The notes: a model not told the origin generated them from the sequence alone. Positions 10,229 to 24,274 are shown, numbered from the whole stretch's first letter. The stretch is 56,963 nt of DNA, filler included, from Dugesia japonica (GCA_001938525.1; 6 parts of 6 records of this genome joined end to end with filler, not necessarily neighbours in it); one strand, 5' to 3'. Translations and numbers: made by a program.

Positions 10229-12453
10229 GAGACTGGTTACAAGTTGGATTTCTGTTGCCAGACGGGTTTTCTAGAATTGGGTGTTGAACAACTCGATTCT
10301 TAGTAGTTAAGCGTTTTCTTGTTCGATTTTTAATTGACTCTCGAGTTCTTTTCGCTTGGGTTCTACGTCTTCGATTTTGGATTTCCAGTTTCATGCTTGT
10401 TTGATAGCATTAATTTTTTCAATTTGAGTTTCGAGTCCGCTGATATAATTTTGGAGTTGGATATTTAACATTGCATTCTGTTTTGCATCCAATTCCAATT
10501 TTAAAAATTCTGGAACAATAATGAGGGACTGATTCTGGATTTGCAAAACTGAGATTTCAAGGCGAAGGTGAGTGATTATATTTTTGCTACTCATTTCTAA
10601 ATCAGGGAGAGTGATTAATTAAGTATAATATGTTAAGTGACAATTATAAATAGATATATCCATTATTTAGATATTTTGCGTTTTTTTATTGTTTAAATTT
10701 GATCCTTGACACCCTACGTTCAATTAATTTTCGACACATAAGGTATTCATTCAAATTCATGGCACAATTATAACAAGTTTTGAAATGTCGTTTCTGTATT
10801 TCTCCTCAAAAACTCTCATTACGCTATAATTCACCATCTTCCGTATAACATTTTCCGGTGAGCCGACATTTTTGGAATAATTTGCAATATTTTTAACCAT
10901 TGGGATTGGTTTTATTTCTGCGTGACCTTGGCTCATAGTGTATAGATTGATATTTGGATCGCCCATTATTGTTTTAACTTCTTCCAATGTCAATTCCAAG
11001 TTGAATTCCATTATCTACAAATATATACATGATGATTTCTGATTATATAGTTAAGTGCTGATTATAATATTTTAGTTTTTTTGTAAGTATATTTTATTTT
11101 TATTTGGCTTTCTCATATTTTAACATAGCTACAATAAACTTTATATTTATTTAATTATATATACATATATATTTACCACCATGTTAAACCCAACCCCAAA
11201 AATTTCCTTGTCAAGTTCTCCTATGTTTAGCTCTTGGTTTGTTTTCATCCTTAGATAACGTACGAGTTGGTCGTTCATTTCCCATTCCCATCTGTGAATA
11301 CTGTTGAATTTATTTATTAGCACTTGTTCCACTTTCTTTTCGGATCTTATATAATCGATGTTATTGATTCTTTTGACTTATAGTGGGTATAGGCCCATCT
11401 GCCAATATATCTTCCAACCTTTAAATTCATGGTAAATTATTGAATGTATTCCTTTTCCTTGAGTTATAATTATGCTTTTTTGGTCTTCTTCTCCTATGCT
11501 ATTTCCAAAAATACTGACTTTATATCATCTGTTTTGACATATAATGGTGTGCTAAATGAATTCATTTCTCGAACACGTTCTTATCTCTTCTTCCCCTTGT
11601 TTGTTATTTTCTATTCTTTAACTCGGAAGTTATCTTCCAGATAATACACCAGAATGGTAATATCTTTATCAAAGTTAAACCACACCTTAGTTTCGTATAA
11701 AAGTGGGTTGTTAGGATTTTCACATTGAATATTTAACATTTGCTCTACCCTCCAATTTTCCGTGTTGAACTGCATTGACTTACCTCTCACGGGTGCTTGA
11801 CTTAACAGATGTAGTTTCATTTTTCCTTTGGTTTGGTGCAACTTCATCATTGTACTGTTTTGACTTTTTTTGTTGGTCTTAACTTAATACAGTTAGTGTA
11901 GTCTAATGTTTGCCTCTTTTGTTCCTTGTTGAATCCTGCTCGGCTAATGGTTGTAACCATGGTTAACTTATTTCACACAATTATCCTATGTTCGGTCAAT
12001 ACTGGTTCATTTACCCAACATTCATGAATCTTCATTCCTTGTATGGTTATTAATATAGTAGTTAATATGATTTGACTCTAGGTATCTCGTTTCGAGATAT
12101 TATTTGCATTTGTTGATGGGCCAAAACTGGTAATGATAACCACAATAAGATTATTCCAACAATCCCATGTATTAGCATTGTTGTTGGGTAGCCTCTTTCA
12201 AGAATTTTACCGAGTTTCAAAATTATCCATATACTAAAATGCCGTAATCCCAGCATGTGTTGATTATCGCCTATAATAACAAAGCCATTTTAATTACTAT
12301 TTCTATTGTATTCATACTCGTGTTTTCTGTGGTATCTCATTTTCTTGTGTTTCTTTCTCTGCTTGTTCTATCTCATTATATACTAAAGTCATTTTCATTC
12401 TTTTCATCCTTCCTAGAGCTATGCTGGCCAATTGTTTCTCTTCCTCATCCATT

Positions 12454-14114
12454 TTATTCCATTGGCCACTGAATGACTTCCATTTTCTTCACAAGCTTTT
12501 GTACTTCTTTGTCAGTATTCCCAATGTTGTCTGATTCTGATGCTCTGAGAATTAGTTTGTCTGATTTTATCTCCAACTTCGCAACATCTTTTATGTCATA
12601 TTTTCTTTGTATGGGTGGTCCAACCACTCCCCATGATAATTGGATATTTGGAGGTTCATAGACTCTTATCCAATTCCATTGTACCAATGTACGATGAAAA
12701 ACATGAATAGCCGCTAGTAATTCGTCACTGAAGATATTTGTGCATGGCAGACATAGATTTGTGATGATAGATTGATGAATAGGTGCATGAATTGGTGTTT
12801 CAATTAGTGATCCATCATAATCTTTTCTAAACCAATTTTCTTGTCTGGACAACCATGCCCGTTGATCATAAATGGCTTTTAATGAAGTTTTTAATATAAT
12901 TTTTGTTTTCTTGATGCATTGAAAACAACTTTCCTCAAATTTTGTTGTTGAGAGTGAACATATTATTCGCGTAATATAGATACAATTTTCTTCTGACATC
13001 ACCCTTTAGTTTCCTTGGCATATGATTGGATATAACATAGTGGCGTTCATGGCTTCGATCTCAAGTGGCCAACGCATTTGATTATATGAATTAAAAGATA
13101 CGGTCTTAACATCTTTTGGTGCAATAATTGATCTATTATTAGTTATAGTCGAGGTTTGTTGTGAATAAAAACGGATAATTTAAGATTGGTGTGTCAGTTA
13201 TTTTAGGTACACCTACTTTACCCGATCGCCCTAATTCTTTGGGAATTAACGAGTTATTAAGTGACTTAGTCCTTTGACTGTCCTTTACTATCCTAGCCTT
13301 CATTTGTTTATCAGTATATTTCAAGACGCCATTTTCAACAGTCTGGTTATCTTCTGTAATTCCGTTTCTGGTTTTCCTCATTTTCTGGTTGTATGTCCGT
13401 TTATGGTTTCAGGTCTTTATCTTTTTCCGTTAGTTTTCCTTCCCCAGTTTCTTCAGACTCAGCGTTCTTGCTGAGACTTCTTTTTTGTAGTAATGATTCT
13501 AAACCGCTCCAGGGTGTTGGATCAACTGGTTGTGACCATAGCACCAACTAATCCCACACTAATAATATAAAGTGGAAATTTTCATTTGCTTTTGTCAGAG
13601 TTTCACTATAAATATTAACACAACGTTCGCATAATTCGTTTATCGTGTCNTGTGATAACGGTGGTTGNATTGATTGCTCATCGTGTATTTTCCTGCATCG
13701 TTTTTTATTGGATTCATCTTGTTGTAACATCCAAATTCTTCGGGTGGAAATTTCTCGTAATGCCAATTTCAGAACAGTTTGCATTCTCTTTATACAGGTA
13801 AGACAACTCGCCTCGATTAATGTTGGTAAGATTGGACATGTCACCTGCGAGAAGGGAGCACAACTATTCTCTGCTAATGGCATATGTGTTCCTTGTGGTA
13901 TTATAGGGTACAATGTTGTAGTACCCAACGCCTTAACCCGCTGAATCAACTGGCCTAGTACGAATACTGGTGTTGATGTTTTACCGAGTATCATCAGAGC
14001 TTTTTGTAACCGTAACAGGTAACTGTGTGAGAGGTTTGGCTCCGTATTTTCGGATTTACGCGGCCTACCCAGCCGCCTGGGCTGTGTTGTAACTGGAGTA
14101 GTTTCCTCTGTCAT
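12454..14114 (-). pseudogene. Decayed C-terminal extension of Gypsy integrase: AT-hook plus two copies of an unknown CxxC...CxxC domain
   Basis: ORF 13548-14114 is in frame with the integrase across one TAG (KPKI*HANLCKKAAMTEE) and contains RRLGRPRK. ORFs 13548-14114 and 12454-13002 align to each other. Confidence 0.7.
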
Positions 14115-15170
14115 CGCAGCCTTTTTACATAGGTTTGCATGCTAGATTTTAGGTTTTTCTAACAAGTTTCCTTTCTTTCGAACCTTGAGGTTAGTTTCGG
14201 TTACCTCAATCACCTCATATGGCCCTTGCCACGGCCTTTTTAATTTCGACTTAGTACCGACACAAATATCCGGTAAATTGATTAATACCATGTCGCTCTT
14301 CTTGAATGCATGTTGAACTGCTGTTTTATCATGCAAATCTTTGTAGCTTTCTTGGTAAAATTCCACATTTTTCTTGGCTTGTTTCCATATCTTCTGCATG
14401 GTTTCCTTGAAATTTGCAGCGAAATCTGTTTCATCTTGGTATTGAGTTATAGGGGCTTGAAATTCCAAATCGATTGGCATATTGCATTCTCTTCCGTACA
14501 TAAGCCCGAACGGTGAGTATTTTGTTGCTGGATGAATACTCATTCTATAGGCAAATAAGCATAGTTGAATGTGTTTATCCCAGTTATTCTGTTCTTTTTG
14601 TGCATAGCCGGATAACATATTAATCAATGTTTTATAAAAACGTTCCGTTAGCCCATCCGTTTGTGGATGATAATGTGATGTTCGTAACTGGTGTATTTTG
14701 AGGAAACTTGATATTTCTGCTAATATGTTGCTCATAAAGGTTTTTACTTGATCCGTTAAAATTTTGATCGGTTTACCATACCTACTGAAACATTTTCATA
14801 CTATTATATCTGCTATAGTGGTTGCCTTTTGGTTCTTCATTGGAAATGCTTCCGGAAATTTTGATAGATAGTCCATTATTGTCAGTATATAAATATTTCC
14901 ACTTAGCGTCAGTNGTAGTGATCCAACTACGTCCGTGGCTATAATTTGCATTGGAGCTGCAGGTACAGCAATTGGTTTTAGTAGAGCTTGTACTCGTTTC
15001 TCCGTTTCTTTGTGGGCGGCGCATATTTGACATTTTTGCGATCCATTACTTTACCGATTTAGTCATGAGTGGCCAGTAATATTTCTGTCTTAGTTTCGAT
15101 TCAGTTTTCCTATGGGACATGTGTCCTCCAATACTCCATTGTGATATTGTTCCAATAGTTTAGCCATTAT
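14115..15170 (-). pseudogene. Ty3/Gypsy integrase (decayed)
   Basis: HHCC region (YHNG..H..RKT..KLRQKYYWP..CQIC), IATDVVG, MDYLSK, ILTDQ, YHPQTDGLTERF, SPFGLMYGR and the GPY/F motif KLKRPWQGPYEV; contains stops and frameshifts. Confidence 0.93.
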
Positions 15171-15970
15171 TTTCCGTTCTGTTGTACTGTAATTTAATTC
15201 TTCTCCTTGGAATTTTTTACTGAAATATGCAATCACCCTTTCTCTCCCTTGTTCGTTCAATCGACTCAATATCGCGCCCATTGCATATCCACTAGCATCT
15301 GTAGCTAGTATAAATAGTTTTTTGAAATCCGTATGAACCAAAATTGGTACAGTTAATAATTTATCGCGTAATGTCTCGAATGATTTTTGTTNTTCGGGTC
15401 ACCATATAAAAGCTTTTTCTTGTTTAACCAGCTCGTGCATCGGCTTTGCTATTTTTGAGAAATCTTTAATGAATTTGCGATAATAATTTGCGAGGCCTAG
15501 AAATTCTTGTATTTTGAGCACGCAATTTGGTGGTGCCAGGTTTCTAATCTTTTCAATAATTCTCGGGCCTGGTTCCTTTCTTTTGTCTGAGATTAAATGT
15601 CCTAAGTAGGTGACCTTATTCTTGGCCAATTCACATTTGGTGGGTTTTACTTTTAAATTCCATTTTTGCAATCTGAGAAACACATTACGTAAATCTTCTA
15701 AATGCTCTTTAAAAGTTAGTGAGTATATCAGTAAATTGTTGATGTAGGCCATACATTGAGATATGCCGTGTGTTACGTAATTCATCATTCGTTGGAATGA
15801 GGCAGGTGCATTAGTGAGTCCGAATGGCATGAGAATAAATTCATACAGATCGTTGCCGGTCGAGAAAGCTGTTTTCTCCCTGTTTTCGTGTTTAATTTGT
15901 ATTTGCCAATAGCCGCTTCTTAAATCCAAAGTAGTGAATACTTTTGCATTGCATAACAGTTGCAGTAATA
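15171..15970 (-). pseudogene. Ty3/Gypsy reverse transcriptase and partial RNase H (5'-truncated, internally deleted)
   Basis: LDLRSGYWQI, KTAF, MPFGLTNAPASFQ, YINN (in place of YIDD), YLGH, FLGLANYYRKFI. RNase H TDASGYAMGAIL...NYSTTER joins directly to the integrase Zn finger. Confidence 0.95.
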
Positions 15971-17174
15971 ATTAAGTGATTGCGAACATGCTTCTATCGT
16001 TTTCTTGATATCATCTACCCTTTTCTTTAAATTACCCTCTTTTGGGGCTTCCCTTACAGGTGCCAGGGCTCGTTGACCTTGATATTTGTCAAACATGGCT
16101 TCTTTAAGGTGCCTAGTTTACAATCCCGATGATTGACTTTGTAGGTTAATGTTGACGTGTCCGTATTACATGATCCGTCTGCTGCATTGCAATATGATCT
16201 TCCTTTCATGGTCAGGTCTTGTGCGTCGAAAAAGGCCTCATATTCCTTGAGTTTCGATTGCCACAGCATATTGCCATACTTTTCCTCCTATGGTATAAGT
16301 GCCATATTCACAGTTACCTTTATGTGAAGTTATACTTCCCGCTGCTTCTATTGGCTGGTTCATTATGTGTCCTTTTTTGTAAACAACTTGGGTTCCGTGT
16401 TTGATTGTAATTTTACCCGTGATAAATCNTTTGTCATATTGNTGTCCCGTTAAGTNCACAGGGTGTTTCAACGTTCCTGGATCGATTATAAAAGTGTTGT
16501 TGTAGTGATACCCNCAATTGAATATAAAAGTCTTTACTGTTACTATACATTCACGCACCCGAGTTTTGTAATAATCCGACTCCTGGTATAAGTGATACAC
16601 CGAGTTATTTCTGAGTGAGATTTTCTCCGGATTTGAGTCCGGACATTCTTAAGTATCTANNNNNNNNNNNNNNNNNNNNNNNNNNNNNNNNNNNNNNNNN
16701 NNNNNNNNNCTGGTTCATTATGTGTCCTTTTTTGTAAACAACTTGGGTTCCGTGTTTGATTGTAATTTTACCCGTGATAAATCCTTTGTCATATTGCTGT
16801 CCCGTTAAGTGCACAGGGTGTTTCAACGTTCCTGGATCGATTATAAAAGTGTTGTTGTAGTGATACCCGCAATTGAATATAAAAGTCTTTACTGTTACTA
16901 TACATTCACGCACCCGAGTTTTGTAATAATCCGACTCCTGGTATAAGTGATACACCGAGTTATTTCTGAGTGAGATTTTCTCCGGATTTGAGTCCGGACA
17001 TTCTTAAGTATCTATTAAGGAAAATACCTCCTTTCTTACTTGCATTCCATCGCAGTCATATGATAATATAGCTTTGCTTCTTCCCATCATTAAGAATAAC
17101 AACAATATTGTAGTGGTTAATGCTTGCCATGAATTTCGCTGAGGCCACCCGTGCCCATCCATTTTCAATTTCAT
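15971..17174 (-). pseudogene. Chuvirus/Monjiviricetes-type glycoprotein (env-like), N-terminal part, decayed
   Basis: Manual translation from ATG 17174: signal peptide ALTTTILLLFLMMGRSKA, then ILSYDCDG..EVFSLIDT*ECP..LYQ..VRECIVTVKTFIFNCG..AAGSITSHKGNCEYGTYTIGGKVW..CNAADGSC. The Cys/motif spacing resembles chuviral G proteins (recognised by eye). Confidence 0.75.
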
Positions 17175-17304
17175 TTAATTGATNNNNNNNNNNNNNNNNN
17201 NNNNNNNNNNNNNNNNNNNNNNNNNNNNNNNNNNNNNNNNNNNNNNNNNNNNNNNNNNNNNNNNNNNNNNNNNNNNNNNNNNNNNNNNNNNNNNNNNNNN
17301 NNNN

Positions 17305-17637
17305 CATTAGATCCACGATAGGTAATTTACTGAGAATGAGGTTTTTTGACGGCTTGCTTCTGGCCATAGATAGATGTGTTTGATTGATTAATTGTTCTAT
17401 GGATACCACTATCCTTCCTTTCATTGACTGTTCTTGTAACAATTCGTCTAATACTTCTTCTGAATTTTCTCTAGTACCATTACTGGTGCCTTTGTTGGCG
17501 GAAAATTTCTTGATTGTTGATTCTAACTCCTTTGCAGAGTAGTCAGAAGCTGTCTGATAATTAATATTTCCGATCCATATTTTTAACTCTTGGTAGAGCA
17601 TTAGTAGTAACTGTCGTATTACCACTTCTGTCGCCAT
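17305..17637 (-). CDS. Unknown ORF fragment upstream of the glycoprotein
   Basis: About 110 open codons before an N gap, with no recognisable motif. Confidence 0.3.
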
Positions 17638-17708
17638 ATCGTCATCTGCCGTGTTGCTATTATAGCGTTCCTGTGATATGGCTGCCAGTCTCTTGGTTTG
17701 ACGGTTTA

Positions 17709-17808
17709 NNNNNNNNNNNNNNNNNNNNNNNNNNNNNNNNNNNNNNNNNNNNTTAATTAATTAANNNNNNNNNNNNNNNNNNNNNNNNNNNNNNNNNNNN
17801 NNNNNNNN
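17709..17808. other. Artificial scaffold spacer
   Basis: N-run, TTAATTAATTAA (17753-17764), N-run. Confidence 0.97.
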
Positions 17809-20800
17809 ACAAATTTAAATCCATTTTTTAAAAAATAATCTCATAAACAGATAATAGAAATAATCAATTATCCTGAAAATGAGTTTAAAATTTATTTATA
17901 GAAATAATTATTGAATTATCCTAATTTTATTTCCGGTATTATTTCACATATTTATAATAAATCTAAAATCAAAGATTTTTGGAAAATATTTTCTACCAAA
18001 AAATTTTTATCTTTAAATCAAAAATTTACTGCACGAAATTGTAAAGAATTAATGTCTAAAATGGTAAAACAAAAAGCGTCATATCAGTCACTTTTCTTTT
18101 GAACAATTGAAAATAATTTATCTGACAAACCAATTTATTAATTTAAACAAGTATCAGAATTGCTGCAAATATGTTGCATGGTCTTTAGCAATTATTGAAA
18201 ATTTTTTTTTTTAGAATTCCATAAAAAATAATCATAAATAAATTTTTTCCGGAGATATGACCAATAATAACTTCCATATTCGAGGACGTTCGCTGCGTTA
18301 TTTATCTCTGAATTAATGTTAATTTACTCGAGAATGTTGCATTTCAAATAATTTATTTAACCGGCTTCGATTAGTCTTTTCAGCAACTCCGAAAGATCGA
18401 CTCAGATCGTATACAAGTGTTGTAGTAAAAACTATGGATTTACACTATAATGATATTAATGTTCAATAAATGAAAATAAATAAACGACTGTCCATTAAAT
18501 GCAATAACAAATTTCGAGCAATTTTTAATCCTGCATTTGTTAACAACCGTCAAACTTTCAATGACCTCCACAATACTATTATGTCAACAAATTTTTAACC
18601 ATCCCCAATAAATAATCAATATTTTAACTAATCATTTTGATTTATTATATTTATCCCCAAGAATATTGTTGACCTCCATTGATTTTGTACACCATCCTCC
18701 ACATTGTAAACGATTATCAAACTTCATCAAGTCCCTCACCTCCGATGTTTTTGGTATAATTAATGGGCAGTCCCAAAGCAAACTAACTAAAAAAAAAATA
18801 AGTCAAGATATTCAAAGTTTACAGATCTAATAACAAGTAACGGATATTTCGGAATAATATACCGATTGAAAAAAGTATGCCAATCGTAATAATGTGCTCA
18901 TTCGAAAAAGTTTCTTTTCAACATATTAATAAATGTCAATTTAAGACCTATGATGCTTACTGGAAAGGATTTTTAAGACAATTCAAAGCAAGTAGATAGA
19001 TATTGGCACATTGGAACAAGAACCACAATGTCGTCAAGGTCAACTGTTCTGAAATTCCAAGGTCAGCTCTTAAGATCAAATGAAATATAGGTCAATATAA
19101 TTTCCATGACAACTATTAGTAGGTCAATGTCAATTTTTTTGTTATAATTTTTTAAAGTTTAATTTCTATTTTTAATTTTCTTTAAAATTTTTCAATTTTG
19201 AAAATTTTTGAAGTTTTTAAAGTTTAATGGTAACAAATTTAATATCTTTTGATGTGCAATGAAAAAACGACCAATATGGCATGGTTATATTTTCAATCGA
19301 ACCAGTAGATAAAAGGATATTACAGATTTAAAATTTTAAAATGTTTTACACGGGTAATTTTAAAACATGGAGCTTTGAAACCTTTACCGTTTGATAGAGA
19401 ATTAAGAACTACCTATACATTACCTAAAGCACCTTTTCCGTAAAATGCTTAATTTTCGTAATTGGCGGAATGTTTAAAATTTCAATTGAATGTAAGAGTA
19501 AAGGTTGTTAATGATTTCAAATTAAATAAGCTGGCATAGTGGCCATTTTGAGATATTTGGTTTTGAAACTTTGATAGTCATTTAAAACGTACCTATATAA
19601 TTCCTAAAGAACTATTAGTATAAAGTGTGTGCATTTTCCAGCAATTTTCAAAACAACGAACAAATAACGTGTTTAATTGAAATAGACTTGGCTACACTAG
19701 TAAAATTAAAAATTGATATTTTTTCATATAATACATTTCTATTTCAATCACAATGCTAATTTTCAACTAGTGTCGATATTTCAACCATATTAAACAGTGT
19801 TGCCGCAAGTTGTTAATGGGTTCTGATATCGAATTCTATTGTACACAATAGGCTTCGATATTCTCGATAGTTATGATACCAAGATTGGTAGATAATAATA
19901 TCCAAACGAATTAAATATTATTGTAGGTTTATTGTAAACTGCTATTCGAATTTATCCACCAAAATTTTATGTTTGAGTATTGATGATTAAGGCCGCACTA
20001 ATGCTGCTACTCACTATAACACTTTGTACCACTGTATACAACACTATTAGTAATAGTATTCACAATTAAATGTATTATATTATATTGTATTTGTTAGGTA
20101 AATCTTACAGAGATAATTTATTTTCGAACAAATTAATCATTTTAATCCATTTCTATTGGCTTAAATTCTTCATAATAATTTCCTTATATTATATGTTTAG
20201 TATATTTAGTAGTCTAATTATTGCAAACCATAGAAATATTATTTTTAAATAAACAAAACAACTATTAAAACATTTATTTTGGTTATGGCAAATATTATAA
20301 TAAAAGAATTGGTGAAAAATTTATTGTATTTTATAAAATATTTTATCATATTGAAATTATTGAAATAAAATATTCTGAAATAAAAATGAAACCATATTTC
20401 AATGAAAAGCTATAATTATTTGTATTTGCTGATAAGTAATTTTTGCTCGTCCCAGTGAAACATTGTGAGCCACATTTAAGCACCTTGCGGGCCACATGTT
20501 GAGACCCATGCTATAGATTATAATGAAAATCAAAATAATTAAAAAAAACAACATTCATAAACACTAAATAACAAATCTTTAGAGCTCATCGAAAAATACA
20601 CTAAAATCAGTTGAAGTCAAAATTAGATTCAATAATGAAAATTATTATAATTTGCTTATGGTATTATTTATTTAATGCATCATGATAATTTATAACTTAA
20701 AAATAGTTTTGTTTACTGATTGTGATTATAAAATTTTATTGTGAATATTCTATTTTATTGTTTTCAGACTTTCATTTTTACATTTATTGCTTATGAATAT

Positions 20801-22139
20801 TTAATTAATTTCAATAGATATTATGATTTTTTTTATTTTACATTTAATAATAATAATAATAATAATNNNNNNNNNNNNNNNNNNNNNNNNNNNNNNNNNN
20901 NNNNNNNNNNNNNNNNTAATAATAATAATAATTTATATAGCATGAAAAGTTTCACTTAATTAATGTATTATTCGAAATAAATCCTTTTTTGTAATCATTG
21001 CAATAATTTATTATGGCGAATAACTTAATTAAATACCGATTTGTACTTAGAAATTAATTGCCGGGAATTAGCCGAAGGCAATTCTGAATTAAATCTTTTA
21101 ATTCTGGTGAATTGAATCGATTACTATTGTTGAAATTTAAGTCTTGAAACGACTATTGTTCAAAAAAGGATTGCTCGAGATATTGAAAGAGAAACTGATA
21201 TGTGAGGGGCGCTAAACTGGTTTAAAATTAAACAATAATTTTTCGTAATGCCACAGGTATCAATTCATGCGATATTNATTATTATTCTCTTCTAAATAAG
21301 AAAANAAAAACAATTATCGCTNGCCGAAATACTTTTGTAGAAAAAATAAAATAAGCAAATATTTGTGTTTTATTTTTCTTTTATAGAATAATCTTTAAAA
21401 TTCATATACTAATTTCATTAAGTACTTTATCAATTCCATTAATTTTCAGACAAACTTCAACGGTTGTACACTAACAAATATGAAAACTTTATACAAATAT
21501 AGACAGATTTCATAAGTATACATTAAATTATCAAATCTACAAAAAAGTTTCAATAAGTAATATACGAATGTCGTACAAATAAAATCAAATTAAAATAAGT
21601 CATACACAAAATTAAGGATTGTAGATTTAGTACGGAATTTATTCTCTGCAGTCTTCTTCGCAATTATATTTTAGAAAGTCACTTAACAAAGTGAATTTTG
21701 TCTGCGTAAAATCAAAGTTCTCTGTCATTCTCAAAGTCTTTAAAGGATCAGCCCTTTCCCTCATTTAAAACAGTAGAAAAATCATCCCAACTCTTCACNN
21801 NNNNNNNNNNNNNNNNNNNNAGCTTTATGGAAACCTATACTACAACGATCCAGAGGTCATCGTAAACACATTTACTTCCTTTATTCTCGAGGAACGCAAC
21901 ATCAAAATTTGTCAACTTCTATCATGGATTTCTCTACAAGAAATATACCGAATCTGAAATTCATAAAACATCCTCGATCTCTCCAAAAGTGGCCTTTAAA
22001 ATCATCTGTTAATCAATCTCTTTTGNTAAATCTCCATCTATTGAAACAACTTGTGATTATTTTGAACAAAAAATTAAGACTACCAGATTCCACTAATTGG
22101 ACTTCAACAGAATTTGTTAGATCCGGCTCCAAATTCTAG

Positions 22140-23340
22140 TTAAACGAAAAACAATCCTTTAAGTCATCAAACAGCTTGATAACAGTAGCCCAGGTATCAG
22201 TAACATTATTTATCATGAAATCTGTCATTGTGGCCCCAGAATTCAAATCCCGAGTCTACTGTTTAACAAAATTCTCGACTCAAATTTAAATCGATCAAGA
22301 TGGAAGAATTCTCTACATTACTTATTCCAAAGTCAGACAAACCTAATTATAATGATAACTCTGCTTGGCGCCCATTTGCACTCCTCGAATGCGCATACAA
22401 CTGTTTTATAACCTACCTCACCATTTCATTAGACTTTTGAGTTGACAACAATATTCTACTCTTTTGATTTCAAAAAAGGAACTGGCAGTGGTGAGGAGAG
22501 TAACAATATCCTTAGAGCTCTTCTCAAAACAACAAGTTCTTCCTCTAAATTTCAGTTAATATATTTAGATATCTTATATGCCTTCAGTTCTATCCCGATA
22601 AATCACATCACTGGAATCCTTTCTCACAAGAGCATGGATGAGCCCTCCCCAAAGCTTATCCAAGCTATCTTTGACCAATGTAAATCAATGTACATCTGAA
22701 ATCATCGCACCTCTGCATTTATTATGATTTCTCGTGGAATTTTCCAAGGTTGTCTTTTTTCCATGTTACTTTTAGACGTTGGTTTGAATCCAGAGCTCGA
22801 AGAAATCAACCTCATAAAACAAGACAGAGCTCTCATCAACAGCGTTTGCTCTACCTCTCTAACTTATTCTGATGACATTGTACGCATTTCCCGTGATCAC
22901 CAATCTCTTCATGAGATGGGCAATATTTTCAATGCCACAAAATATGGCTATCAGTCATCAAGCAAATTTTTTATCAATCAAACTCTCTTAGAAAATCTAG
23001 CTTTTCCCAACATCCCTTCCCAGGAATGTTACAAATAACTAGGAGTCAACATGTTTAGAAATCACAAACAGAAACTTATATCAGCCTTCAAAAATCTCAT
23101 CTGTGATTTTGACAAGATCACACAATCTTCTCTGCTAACTTGGCAAAAACTAAGCATCTACAAAAGTTTTCTTCACTCTCAGCTTTAAGAATTACAATTT
23201 TCCCAACCGTAAGTTTGCAGATCAACATCAAAAAGATACTCCAATTTTTAAAGTGGAGCCAAACAAGGAAATCCGTAAACGTGTTAAAAAGATCTGTAGT
23301 CTGCCGACCACAATATTTACTTCTCTATCATTCTTGTAGG
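22140..23340 (+). pseudogene. Decayed non-LTR retrotransposon reverse transcriptase
   Basis: Motifs in order across frames: SSPG, LIPK..NSAWRPFALL, IYLDILYAFSSI, RGIFQGCLFS, LTYSDDI, YK*LGV. Confidence 0.85.
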
Positions 23341-24274
23341 ACTGATATATGCAAGGGTGGAATACTCTATTCTAGCAATCAATCACACATTTAAAAACAA
23401 CTTGAACTACATAAAAAAAATTATCTATAATATACAAAAGCTTTAAACATTTGTTTCAATAACATTTTCCATAACAAACAAAAAACCAATACTCCACATA
23501 AGAAAAAAAAGAAATTCAAATAGTTAGCTAACTTAGTTTCTTTTGATTTCGAATAATTGAAGATTTTTGAGAACCCGGTTTCGATTCTCAAAATAATCAT
23601 GATTACCCAGATAGCCGGTTTTGCAATCACTAATGCTCATTAATTTTCTCTATATTCAAAATTTTGAATTATTAAATTATATTTATTACGATACTCTGAC
23701 AAAATGAGTTTTCTAATCTAAACAATTTAAGCAAATCAAACAAAGTAATTTTATGTGAAATGGAAAATCATTAAAAATTCATTAAATGATATCTTTTTCG
23801 GAATATTTATGGCCGTTTGATTTATTTTTTGTAATTTTTATAATTATAAACAAACGGGTAGGTTTTTTTTGAAAAATAACACAGATAATTTAAATTTGAG
23901 TAAATAACATACGTTATGTAGAAGTTTTCAAGTTGTTTTTTTTAATCTTGTGGATATTTTTACCGACAATTTTGATTGATTTGGTAATTCATTAAGTCAT
24001 TATATCAATCATTATCATTTTTATTTCAAAATGATCTAAAAACATGAAAAAGTACATTTTATTTACAAACACCAGAGGTTTAGATTTATATTTTGCTTGT
24101 ATTTACGTCTGTTATGTAAAGTCAATTTAATCTTGATTGAAAAAGATGATTTGACAATTCAGAAACCTTTCAATACAAATTTTTAATAACCTTATAATTA
24201 AAATATTTGGTTACTAAACATCAATTTCATTTTAAAACTTCTTAAAAATTATTTTATTAATATTGTTATTATTT

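Noticed and set aside
16355-17014. 305-bp tandem duplication within the glycoprotein (16355-16659 vs 16710-17014)
   Set aside because: The copies are identical apart from Ns and straddle an N gap, so this is most likely an unmerged contig overlap.
17809-18900. Possible decayed LINE 3' region
   Set aside because: Coding-like composition but no diagnostic motif recovered.
20450-20512. hAT-like MITE ends here and near 42180-42210 and 44145-44175
   Set aside because: Isolated terminus-like motifs with no partner end or TSD found.
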